Shown here: piece by piece, positions 28,631-41,335 of the stretch
Numbering within the stretch: position 1 is the stretch's first letter
How the letters are laid out: each line of letters begins with the position of its first letter
NCBI GenBank assembly: GCA_964035545.1
Contig: OZ037768.1
Coordinates: 11,874,741-11,938,740 of the forward strand
DNA length: 64,000 nucleotides
Direction: 5' to 3'
Source: Bugula neritina
Taxonomy: Eukaryota > Animalia > Bryozoa
Notes under the pieces: generated by a model
What the model saw: only the letters and a program-made list of their open reading frames with translations
Told to the model about the DNA's origin: nothing
Database searches by the model: none
Translations under genes and position numbers: made by a program

Positions 28631-31600
28631 GTAGAAACTGAGAATTAATAAAATGGTATGAGAGAAAGTAATGTAGCAATTGCTACTAGAGAATGATGTA
28701 CCAGAGTGGAGCTAATGAATTGAAACTTATATACAGTACTAGTTATATACATGTATTTACATATAGTATTAGTTCAATGAGTAGAGGCAGTAATAGGTAT
28801 GAGAGTACATGATACCTAACAATGAGCAGAGTAGAAGGGATAATAGAAAGGAAGTGAAGGATAAAAGTAAGACTAAAATAACTAACAGACCAAATAATAG
28901 AACCAAGACCATGATTGAAAGATGAGGGTATTCAGAGCAAATTATAAATGTATGAAGGCTTGTTGTAAGCATACAAGGAAGAATAATTGACAAATAATAA
29001 TTGTTGTGAGCAAGTGAGATTAAATAAGTGCTTTGAATTATTCAGAGCTCCATTGTACTGTCAACAAGTTGCAGAAAAGTATAATCAAAATGATGAGCTC
29101 TCTGCTAATGAAACATTCTGTCTTTACTGCAATTCTCATTTCTGTTTTCTGATAAGCTAGAATATGTTACGTTTGAGATATGTTTCTGCCATTATTAATT
29201 TTTCAGTAAGGTGATTTCTATGACAGCTTAATGCATTAAACAATTATATCTGTTCTACTGTGATGTGTGTACCTAACCCATAATATATCTACAACATACA
29301 AAAAAGAAGAGCATCTATATGATATATTACTTGAATGCAGTAGGCTTGTCACTTGAATATAATAACAATATATGCAACATGTGATCTCCTCAAAGGCACT
29401 TTTGTTAGTTGGATCGGCATACTCAAGCCTGGTCAACCCTGGTCAGCATCTTCACACTGTCATTAGAAACTATTCTCTGTTTATGTTCTCTATGGCATAT
29501 GACTAGCAGCAAACAAATTAACACATCTCTTTAAAAAGTTTTCTTTTATTTAGTCCCACAAGATATCAACATATTCTAATATTGGTCTAAGCTAATTAGT
29601 GCATACAAGTAGGCCATTCTCTGATCTGGATTGAAATTTAGAAATGGCATAGTTACACTAAAGTGATATACCAAACTTCAGCAGGGTTATTTGTTATGTC
29701 AAAAAGAGAAGTTCTTACCTATTTTGCAACTCCTAATACTAAACAAAGCCATGGGGTTGTCTTCCCCCATCAAACTTTTGAAATACTCTCTGCAAGGCCA
29801 TAGTTTAGTTTAAAGCAATTTATTAGATCACTACTTCTGGTAACTTATTATTCTTATGGAAAGACACTTTTAGAGAATCATTGAAACTGGCATATAATAC
29901 AAGATGTAAGATAGTCTGCAGCTTTTAATTTATTGCCATGAGATGAAAACTTCAGCTTCTAGTTTAAGCTGATCTCATATATAGCTGCAAAGCGACATCA
30001 TACATAGTGTAACTGTTTCAAAGAAGTTGCTAAACCATTTCCCATACAGGATTAAATTACTGAGTAAAATCATGCCTGCCCATTAAAGTTATTGTCAAAA
30101 AAGAAAATAAATAGAAGTCACATGACACAGTCTGCCAATTTGGGTATTCAGAGAAATTTCTTAAGTTTTTATTTCATCATACTTGTAAACATTCACTTTG
30201 ATTAAACAAAATTTGTGTTAATTTTATCAGCCTTTTTGCTTTCATATAGTTTTTGTGTATTGATATGCAAAGTGTTTGCTTGCTGTATTTCAAGTGATTG
30301 TTTGTGTAGACAAAAATATGTTTATTTTCTTTTGTTTTATTAATATATTATGTTTTAATATTATATGTAAATATGTTAAAAGCATAATTGGGAATTAAAA
30401 GAACTTTATTATAATTATAACTGATACTAGCAGAGCTATTTTTCAGTTGATATAATTTCTATGCACAGTGGTAGTTTTCATTTTTGAATAAGGGTTTTTT
30501 TTCTTTAGAGTGTAAAAAGTTTGTCTGACAAATATTTATATCTCCAAACTTGATTTTTCTTAAACACACACAATGCAATTTAGTCAAGTTTGTCTTTAAA
30601 ACTAATACCATCACATAATTATCATAGCCAGCCTAAATGTCTACCATCATCATTTTTAATTTTAAATGTAGAAGCCTCATGTACATTTAGTGAAGATTTA
30701 TATATCTGACGCACTTCTCATATGAATATCCGTTACATTTGTCTATACGTTTCCAGTGAAATGATTGTGCAAGCGCGCTTTCTTCAGTAATACCAATATA
30801 GTGTTTGGATCTAGGAAATTTATTAAACATTTTACTAGTGGAGAGGCAAAAGTTGATAACACTGATGCCATAGGATTACTCCCACCTATTCATGTATATA
30901 TTTTAGTGTTTCCCTTAGCAGTTTTCAGAGCCTGTGATATTCTCACTCACTGTGCTGGTCTTACAATTATCAGACAGAAAAACACAGTTCAAGAATATAT
31001 TATGCATTTATACTATATTGGATTAAAAAACTCACTTATCTAGTTGACTACAAATATGTTTCGTTTAACAACATATTGTAATGAAGTATACCCATCGAGT
31101 TCAATGGAATATAGATATTTCACAATATTGTGATGCTGCACCTTTGCCTTACTTGCATTAATGTGCTTTTCTATTACTACACATCAAGGTAATTTATAAT
31201 TTGTGGAAAAATAGTTTGAAATTTTGAGCTTCTACACTTTCCCAGGAGTTAATGTTGGGATGACGATTTGCTGTTTAACAAATAGTGAATTAGTAAAATA
31301 TGTATTTCAAAGTTTTAATCGATGTGTGTAAAATATATTAGACTATATTGCAACGCACATGTTGTGGAGTTATACATGATTCTTCAAGTAACTTCTGGCA
31401 AGCCATAGTCACACTAACAAACCGTGAATACATGTGTGTGCATGGAATACTGCCAACATTAATTTTGTTATTTTTGAAACACTTCCTATATTTACTTAAG
31501 TGGTGGTATTTTATTGTCTCAATTACTGAGAGACCACAGTGATAGAAGCAAAAAAGGTGGTTTTATTATTTTAGTGTAGCTTGGATGGGTGACAAGAAAG

Positions 31601-32185
31601 CTCCTTTAGTTTGACTGAACTTGCGGAAGCAGGGTGTGATGGTGAATGTAGCAAGGTGTCTATATCAAGTTTGTATATTCAAAGTGAAACTTTTTACTAG
31701 TCTAACGTTCCTGATATTCTAATAGATAAGTTGCTAGGATAGGACTGTTAAAAACTGAAAATGCAAAACTGATTAAAGTATTTTAAATCATATTCATGCA
31801 AACATGTGCATATATGAATTTGAAGCTTCAACCACAATGAATAGCTAAACTTTGTTTTGATTTTAAATCTATTATATCACTATGAAAAAGAGTCTTTTAA
31901 GTTAGATAATTCAAGACTTTTCCTCAATAGAAATACACTGTAACCAGCTAAAATAAGCCAGCTCAAACATTCACTCACTCATTGTCAGTATTGGTACTGA
32001 AACTAACTTCCATTTTAACTAAGAAATTTTCGTTCAATAAGTTTAATTTTATTCTGAATTTCTCACCTATTCATTTTAAACAAACTTGGAAATTATAGCA
32101 GGTAAACTGCCATGGTATATATGAAGCTACAATGTATATTTGGTATAATATTACTTTTCCTGACTCTGTAGTGGTATCAGTCATA

Positions 32186-35100
32186 TATGTGACCTGGCAC
32201 CACAAAACAAGGGATGTATATAAAATGTTGAAAACCTAGTTATTACTATGGAGTGATAGAGCAGACTTTTCCGAACATTTTGCACTTTATTTGAAGTCTC
32301 TAGCATAAATAGAACTCGAGATATTAGTATTTAAAAACTTTAACGTTTTTAGAATTTCTAAATTATTGTTTCGAGAAAATCGCATTTAAAGTTGGAAACT
32401 CTAGAATGAGTTGAGAATTATTTGTTTACAATTTACAAGCCTTAGCAACGGGTCTTTGTATAATAGGAATAGTGACAAATTTGGTACCAAAATAATTGTG
32501 AAAGTTTGGACTTTCTGTTAAACTAAATTTCATGCTGCCTCAACATGAAACTAGGTCAAATATGGCCGCCAAACTTTTTGTCTAATTTATTTGTCAATTT
32601 GCTGTTTACTTTGTTTAATGATTGAAAGGTTTAACAATTCCAGCAAAGAAGAGGATGTTTCAGCAAGTTTGTGTGTTGAGATATTTAAATTAGGCATCCA
32701 AGTCAGCAGGAAGTAATATAAAACAAAATGGCAGCTGCTTCCTGTTATACATTGAATATCTTCCTCTCCTCTAATATATTGTGTAATATATCAAACTGCA
32801 GCTATTGAGCTGTGCTGTTTCATAGTTATTGCTTAATGAGTAGAACACTTATGAGAAAATTATTTGACTATTATGAGATCATTCAAAATTCATTCATAAA
32901 TATCTTTATAATCTCTAACGGCAACTAAATTTAGCAATTGATGTTGAAAATATAAACATAAAATCAGCTATTAGAACGTTTGAGTTTTATTGGGCATTAA
33001 TATTCCCATTTAAAAATTCAAATACATTATTTTTAAAAAACTAATTAAATGCAGTAAAAAATCCAGCCTGGATACAATCATTATTCTTGAATTAACTTTA
33101 ATCAAGAAAAGAAAATTAGGTAGCTTCTACGGTTTTTTGCAAAAAAAGGCACTTTTCATCTTTCTACTTCCTTGGTCTTCATAATATGAGTTTACGGAGT
33201 ATGGACACATAACATCATGTATGTGGCAAAAGCTTCATCACTATCATCAGCTGATTTTCTAGCAATTATAGATGCTGCTACTTGACATCCATCCTGCCAA
33301 TCTACCCATCTATTGTCTATTCCAGAGCTGCAAGTACAATGTTGACTTTTTTGAATAACAAAAGAAAACGGTAGCTTGATTAGAAACTATACGCAGTTAT
33401 ATTATAAAAATTTAGTTGGTTAAACACTCTTGTGGTACTACTAAAGCAGCAGTTAATTGTCATCCTGCATTTGATCAACATTTAAATTTATTGAATTAAA
33501 CAGAACAATTTAAATTGAAAAAAAATGTTGAAAATTTTCAAGCACATCATTAAAAGACTGCAAACCTTTTTATGAATGAAATAAGCAGAAGCCATAACCT
33601 TGCAAGCCAAAATTCAGAGTGTCTACATTAGAAGTGTTAGATTGATAGGTAGTAGAGTTGTGTAGGTATAAGTCTTCACTCTAATGCTCTCATAAGTCCA
33701 CTTTCTAAAATGTACAGAATATCGGATTATTCTATATTAACATAGTATTATCAGTAAAATTACGCATTATGCACTTGAATATCTAGCATATCTGCAATTG
33801 GCAATTTTGAAGCAATGTTTTTCGATAACTATTAACCACTCAGGCATTTGATTGAGTAAAAAAGCTAGCTAAGTGCAACTGAATCTATTGAAGACATTTA
33901 CTATAAAATCAATTTGAATTCAATAAATTACTTTAAAATATGAATAAATTTTTGCTCATCCTTTATAATAAAATTAAAAAGTTTAGACTATTTATGCATT
34001 CAGTTAGTGTTACTACTCACTAAATAAGACTAAAAGTAACTTACTGAAGAACTAAGTCAGTCAACTATAGAATCACCATGAACTGGCATTAACATTTCAT
34101 CATTATACTTATTTACATTTAATCACATTTACCATTTCAATTTGGTTATAGGTGATGCTTTTATCAATATAAATAGGATTATCAATTGAGTTTTGACAGT
34201 AACTGTAAGCCTGCATAATGTGATAAAGATTTTATCATTATATTTTAAATCAAACCTTGAGCTAATTTAAAAATCACAAAAGGAACCGGTAGTTTGACTA
34301 GTAGGCCTAATGTTAATAGTAATAGTAACCAGTAACTGTATTGACAAAATCTAAGACAGAGGCTAAAAGTTACTAAGAGTAATTCCAATGTAAATTTAAA
34401 TATCAACTATAGAATAAATCAATAAATATAATACTATCAGTATGAGTATCAAGTGCTTACGCTAATCTAGTGGTCTAACGTGATTGCATCTTCAAGTAAG
34501 TCAAGTAAGTAAGGCGAAACTCAGAGTCAGACTCAAATAGTGAATTTAATTATTAATCATTACTTAAGTTATACTATTAATATTAATGAGCTACATTTGG
34601 TTTTACTACCAAATACCAGTATCAGTAAATCATGAATGATATTCATTATGATTAACATTATGAGTAACCGTACCTCAAACTGTGAGTGACTGAGTCATAG
34701 TGAGAGTCATTTAAATAGTTACTAGTACTAGTAGTAGTATAGAATAGACATACTCCTACTCCTAGTGATATTATCAGTATGAATAACTACAAATGATCCT
34801 GGCAACAATTCTAAGTTAGTAGCGTAAATGATGGTTTTGAGTATAATTACCTGTATTGTTATGATTTTCAAGCTTGAACGCTAAAGATAAAGATTAAGTT
34901 TAGCATTTATCACCAAAGGGCAAAACAGCTCAGTAACTTAAAAGCTAACTTTGGATGGAGCACGATGAAAAACTAAAACTAGCCTTCGATTTTAAATACG
35001 ATGCTTCTGACAATGCAAAGAAAGAGGTGTAAGCTAAATTCATTTGATAAAAAAAAATTTGCAAGATCTCACGCTATGAAAATGACTAAAATTGTCTTCT

Positions 35101-35370
35101 TTCTTTACTTGATAACTTCGCAATTTTTTCATCATTTAAAAAATTGAATGCCTTAGTTACCAACTTTAAATGCAATTTTAGAGTTGAAGGAATTATCAAA
35201 TGTTTACGAAAGTATGATTTTTGAAATCCTTGGATTTTTTTGTATTAGAAAAGTTTAAAACCTAAAAACTAGAAATTAATTTCAAATTTAAGTATTTCCA
35301 AATTAAACCTTCATTTACTACACTTAATAAACGCCGCCACATCCCCGGTTTTGTCGCGACTGGTCACATA
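32186..35370. mobile_element. Non-autonomous DNA transposon, about 3.2 kb, with imperfect 30-bp TIRs (superfamily unassigned)
   Basis: Left end ATATATGTGACCTGGCACCACAAAACAAGGGATGT; reverse complement of right end ATATATGTGACCAGTCGCGACAAAACCGGGGATGT. TA/ATAT-type flanks on both sides. No intact transposase ORF. Confidence 0.8.
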
Positions 35371-36545
35371 TATTGGTGTGTACTCCACCCTATAGTGCAT
35401 ACGCTAAACACTAGGACTTTTCTCCATCTGGTATTGCATGCTTCCAGCATGGTGTTGGTGGTTGCTAAGCAGTCTCAGGGGCTGCGCTTTCTATGTAGGT
35501 TGTAGCATCTGTATCAGTCAATTAGTTATGTCACTATTTATATTATCTATTCACTGATCTAATAAAAAGTTACTTACATTACAATGTATCTGTACGTATT
35601 AGATGGGGCCAATTGCATCCTTAGATTACCCTCATCTCTGCATTTAGTGCAATAATATTATATTATGTTATATAGTATTATGTTATATGTTTTCCTTCAT
35701 TTGCTTTTATTATTAGTTTCAAGATCTTTAAATAAAAAAAAAACTGTTGTGCAAACCTGAAGATAAGTGCTTTTTATTAGAATTTGTATGATAGCTATGT
35801 TATTTTAGCTAAAACACATCCTTTTATTAAATACAATGTATGAATGATTGGTGAATTGGTGATATAATATACTATAATACTACTATAATATACAAGTTTA
35901 ATACTATAGAAGTGGTTTCTCTATTTATGCTAAACCTTACAAACTAAAAAACAGTCAGATATGTAAAAAAAACCATAAACTGTTTTACCAGAGTACACCA
36001 TACTACTGCTATAGCTATTAAGATGTGTAAAATACTTTCTTTATAGCAGTGGTGCAAAAACTGCTGTAGTTAATTCATACAAGTTTCTGCAAAAGTGTAA
36101 GCGTGCAGAACATATGATTTGTGCTTAGCCATTGGCAGACAGTTATGTAATATTGGCAAGATAGGAATTACAGGGTCTGTGAGTACAAAATAATTGCTGC
36201 AATTGGAATTTTGCCTAAAATAATAACTGGCCATCTGAAGCTACCTACTAATTTAGCACAAACTAACATGTTCATTTGCCAATTACGTACGTTCTTTTAA
36301 ACCCTAACATTTATGTCAACATCCGAAAGGATTTTACACAGTTTTTCTCTATACTATAAAAAGAGAATTTATATCATTTGTAAATAAATGCTATGAATTA
36401 TTAAAATAAACTTAATGATGATGTCAATTAAATGAAAACAACTATCACAGCTAAAGTAACCAAGTCTCCTATTATCAATGTGATAATAGGAAACTTGAAG
36501 CAACTGGAAATGCCTTTATCCACCTGTATTCTCTAAAGCCAGCAT

Positions 36546-39500
36546 TCATTCGTATATAAAGTTTAACCCTTTGCAGTCACCAAGCATATTTCTCATGACT
36601 CTGTCAAACTCAGCATTTTGAGAAGCAGTAAAATAGTTTTTCCACTGTCCAATTTTACCTAAAATTGACATTAGAGTTAATTTAGTTGCTAAGTAAAGCA
36701 GCACTGGTTTTTTCAGTCTCATAACTGTCCTATATGTTGCATGGGGATATTTTGCTAAATAATTTCCTCACCAGTTGGCAAACTTAGCAAATACAAATCA
36801 TCAAAGCTATACAAAGGTCAAACAAATTTTAAATTCAAGGTTAAATCAAGATAATTATACAAGCATTTTACGTCAATGGAGAGGCACCGCTCACCGTGTC
36901 TGTATAACTTGGAGAAAGCTATTCGATGTTCTGGTGGATGCACATTACTAGCCAACTTTTTTTCTCGCAATGAATGAATTTCGGTGGCTTCATAAATTTC
37001 ATCAATCAATCCTCCATCAATCTCCTGGCCTAGAAACTTGCAAATCTTCCAGAGCTCTTCGTGAAAGTTCTGCCAAGTAAAAACGATGAACTTATGCTAG
37101 ACTAGGTAGGGGCTCAAAGTCCTGCAAGAGCCATCGGTGATGTTAGAGAGATATTCTGTCTGATTTCTCTTGCCTTATCTTAAATGCCTCAAACCGCAGT
37201 GATAGAATAACTTCAAATAAGGTAAGCCCATAATCTTAAATATAAACATGCACCAGGTTTTTCAGAGGAATTAACATGACTAATAACCATATTGACATAT
37301 TAGAATAATTTTGTACAAACTTAATTTAAATGTTATTCTTTTTTAACTTGGCATTTCTCTAATTGGGATCATTATGCTTTATTTAAAGCTATATAATGTA
37401 CAACACATAAATGTGCGAAATTTCCCGGTTCATCTAGATATAAATATCTGAGATACATGAAAACCCTAAAGTGAAGATTAACATTTTTAAAAGCCCTTAA
37501 GAATTATGAATTTTCGCCGGTATTACTAGCACACAAGTTTTTATCTTAAATCAAAGTTTAGATTTCAATTTACACAGAACTACTTGTGGCTACAGATTTT
37601 CGCAGTGAGCTGAGCTGGAAATATACTCAACATAGATAGAGTTCAATATATGCATACAAGTTGGTGGTCACTAATAGTTAACAAACTTGTGTTGAATAGG
37701 CCAATTTTTTGATATGAAAGTTTTTTTTAACTAAACCATGCATGCATGTTTATTGCCAACAACAAGCTTTTCCTGTGTATTTACCCGAATAAGATTCTCG
37801 TACATTACAATGTGGACATTCGGTTCATCTCTTTTCTTCCACACTTCTTTCGTGAAGTTCCAAAAGTTTTCAGCAATATAGGTGGGATTCTCTACAATAA
37901 CGGTTATCACATATAAATAGCTAAAACCATAATATATACAAATAATTATGCTGTATTGTAAGAATTAAGCATTCATATATTCTTTGTATAAGTGACGTAT
38001 AATAAGAATATAAGACTATACCTCTTGCAGTTAACATCCAAGACTCAAAGAGGTCGTTCCAGCAAGCATCTACAGTGTCGTATATTGATATAATGTGATG
38101 ATATGCTGATACCTGCGATATGAAAGTACAGATGGAATTCAAATAAAATTGAATGTCTTCAGCATGCATATTTTATTTGCAAAAGCTACCAAATAGCTCA
38201 TTCTAATATTATTCAGGGTAATCTTAAAATTGTCTACTCCTCATTTTTATTCTGCAGTAGCTGCTATTGAAAACTTCTAAGTAAATTACTTGTATATCTT
38301 AAGTATTCAAAGTTTTATTTTCAATGGGCTATAATAAGCAAGACTGTTAGTTCTTTTTCAAGTATTACCCTATCTTACATCTTAGATGCTTTTAATATAC
38401 TGCATAATACTTGAGTTACACAATAGTCTGCATTAGAGACACTGTATCAGACATAGGAAGGCACACAAGAGATATGAGTCTGCATCAGTATTGATAAATA
38501 CTCTGATAGTGTCTGAAAACTAAAGGAACGTGAGCATAATTCAACTCAAGTATTTGAATCAGCTGTTTAACTTGAAGTAATCTCAAGATAATCAGAACAT
38601 GCAAACAGTTGATAAGAAAGCTAACATGAGATAATTTTTTGTGAAGGTTGCATTTAGTCTGTAAACCAAAACATCATAAGATAGCGAAGTGTTATCACCA
38701 GTAGACAAACTTGGTATTAAAATTCCAACACATACACTGCTAAATTTTTAAACTTGTAGTTTCAAGCCCTAATATACTTCAAGAACCCAAATCAGGTAAA
38801 CTCTTCATCTCTGCATCACATAACTTTATTCAAACAAATTACTGTCTCTCATATCTGCCAATACTAATTTTCAATAGCATTATCTAGAATGAACTGTATG
38901 TAACACTTTTATGTAACGTTTGGTACCAAACTGTACAAAATAAATTTTACAAAATCATGTAATGTGCTTGCATTAGCTATATAAAAGTATTTACTTTTGA
39001 CTTTTTATAAACAAATGCCACTTATTTTTATATAGACGTTTATTGCCAAATGCTTTGGCCCCAAGCCAAACTCCAAACAGCAAAAATGAGCAAATAAAAC
39101 ATCTCCCCACTTCCTAGTTGCATGTAGATTTAAATGTAAGGTTTTCACGGTTGACAAAATTTGTACTGACCATCACATCCTTGGGGTTCCGTAAAATTGT
39201 TACTCTCTTTAGATTTGAGATGCTTTTTGGTAGCTGACTGGGGGGAAACTGGGTTGTGTACACGATAGGGTAGGGTGATGTTTTGAGTAACTGATCAAAA
39301 GGCTTCATCTCAAGAAAGTAATCCTCCTTGAACATGGGTGAAACTTCGGCTTGCTTTCGAACCACCATCGTAATAATCTCCCATAACCAGTGTGTGCCTT
39401 TGACAATTATCATATGGTTCAAACAGTGACCTAGTTAATTGGTATATTGCAACATTTATATAGGTTATCTTAGCTGTTTACATGCGTAACCTATTGTAGT

Positions 39501-39897
39501 ATTCAAAACTGTATAATATTATACACATGATTTATATATTATTCTATTATGCTCAGTCATAACATAGGAAGATCATGGCAATAATAAATATATTAATTTG
39601 CAATAAATGTAAGCAGAAAAAATTATTTTGTTAATTATACTCTTCTTACAAGGAAACGAATTTGAACTGTACTCTACTATGTGAACTAGGACTTTAAGTA
39701 CCTGACTTTGGAAAAGCATTGATTAGGTAGGAATTCAAACTAGGGTTGAAGGATTGCAGGCTTTTCAATCTTTGATGAGCTACATCAACTTTATCCTCAC
39801 CAGGGACGTTGGCATCAAAGAACCGAGTAACCAACATAAATACTTTGCCGACATTTATAAGAGTGTCGTCATATCTCTCACTGCAGTATCTATGCAT
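36546..39897 (-). CDS. Cytosolic PAPS-dependent sulfotransferase family protein (SULT1-like)
   Basis: Exons approx. 39897-39702, 39397-39172, 38112-38022, 37892-37785, 37069-36895, 36658-36546. 5'-PSB motif AFPKSGTHW, 3'-PB motif RNPKDVMVSAYHH, then MYENL and YRHGKIGQWKNYFTASQNAEFD. A probable non-coding first exon has its donor at about 40160, with a TATA-like TATAAAG at about 40204-40210. Confidence 0.92.
37095..37180 (+). mobile_element. Degenerate SINE fragment
   Basis: AAGAGCCATCGGTGATGTTAG is shared with AAGAGCCATTGGTGAGGTTAG at about 59358. Confidence 0.5.
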
Positions 39898-41122
39898 TAT
39901 TTCTGCTTCCGTTCAAGTACATCTGCAGGAAAAATATTTTAAAGAGCTGTTGGTGAGCTTTATGAGAAAATGCAACGAGTTTTATAAAAATGAGAACAGA
40001 AAACTTTTTATGGATACCTTGCAAATACATTTCTTGTGAAGATAGTTTAATCTTCTGTCATCTATAATTGTAAGTTTTACAGAAAAAGTTTTCAAAATTG
40101 ATTCACAATGATTGAAACTTCTAAGTTCAACCTTGTTTAATAAAAAATTTCAGTACTTACCTATTTGAGGGTTCCACCAAAATGCCTCAGAATTAACTAG
40201 CTGCTTTATATGCATAGCCTATGAGACATTGTGAAGAGTGTATTTGCCATTATCAACAAACCTTGCGGTCAAAGTGCAAGATTTCTGCTATCTTGCCAAA
40301 ACAGCTGAAGACCGGTCATTGAACTATCAATCATGGTCAGTCTCCATGTCTGGTGATTGACCACGGGGCACAACCACAACAATAGCTTGTCTAATTAATA
40401 TTAGCATGTATCATAATATATTGTACAGTTATTCTAAAGCAGCTGTCATTGGTTGTTATAACTATCATTCACTTTGTAATGTATTGTGTTGTATTGTTAT
40501 ATGTCATATGTCATTTTATTTCCATTACAGGATAAAATATATATAAAAGTTTGTCTACTGAAGAATTGTTTGAGCACAGGCGTAATTCAATGGTGATTTG
40601 TTTCAACGGCAGAATTTTCTGTCTTGGTAACATCTATATTATTATGATACATACATATAATGCAAAATGTCAATTTTGTATTGATTAATTAACCAAATTT
40701 TTGTGCAATCAAGTTTTATTACTAGCTTTTTGTAGCTGTTGAGGCTGGATGACTTATAAAGTGGCTATAACAGATATTACAAAACAAAAAAGACTATTAC
40801 TGTAACATATTAGCCTATATAATAAAAATTTAAAGCTATTTGTAGCTTTAGGAGTAATGTGACTAATTTTTTATGCTCAAGTACGTATGAGTTTCATTGG
40901 CTGGGTGCATATAGATAATTAATCTTTCATCTCCATAAAAAATCATATCCAATATAAAAACACATATATATACAAAAATAGTTTTAATGAGCAAATATAT
41001 CATAACTTTTTGTTTTAAAAATGTGCGCTTCTGTAGCCTAATTTATGGTTGAAGACAATAAGGAAGGGGCAGCTTCTGATTAAGTGTGATGCCCAGGCTC
41101 TCTAGAGTCTAGGCTATGGTCA

Positions 41123-41335
41123 AATGTCAGAATTTTAGTTTCTTTGCCTAAAGTTATTGTTTAGAGTTTAACTTTTTGTGAGTTTGTTTGCGCAGTGATT
41201 ACTGTTTATTTCTTTATAGTTTCCTCTACTATCATGAAACAGTTTGTTTAGTGCACAACTATGAGTGCTACATTTTTTATTGCATGGAGTACAATGAAAC
41301 TGTTTATAATCTCTTGGGTTGTCAACTATTTATAT
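41123..41335 (+). repeat. Diverged direct duplicate of 43558-43755
   Basis: Shared blocks ATGTCAGAATTT.AGTTTCTT, TGTTTGCGCAGTGATTA, CCTCTACTATCATGAAA.AGTTTGTT.AGTGCACAA and ATGGAGTA. Confidence 0.85.

Noticed and set aside
28640-32180. Short ORFs at 28769, 29236, 30765 and 31348
   Set aside because: No motifs, low-complexity AT-rich composition and no coherent exon chain; treated as intergenic.
39114-39170. Apparent premature stop in the sulfotransferase
   Set aside because: A GTCAGT donor after DVM splices in frame to VSAYHH at about 38112, so the stop is intronic.
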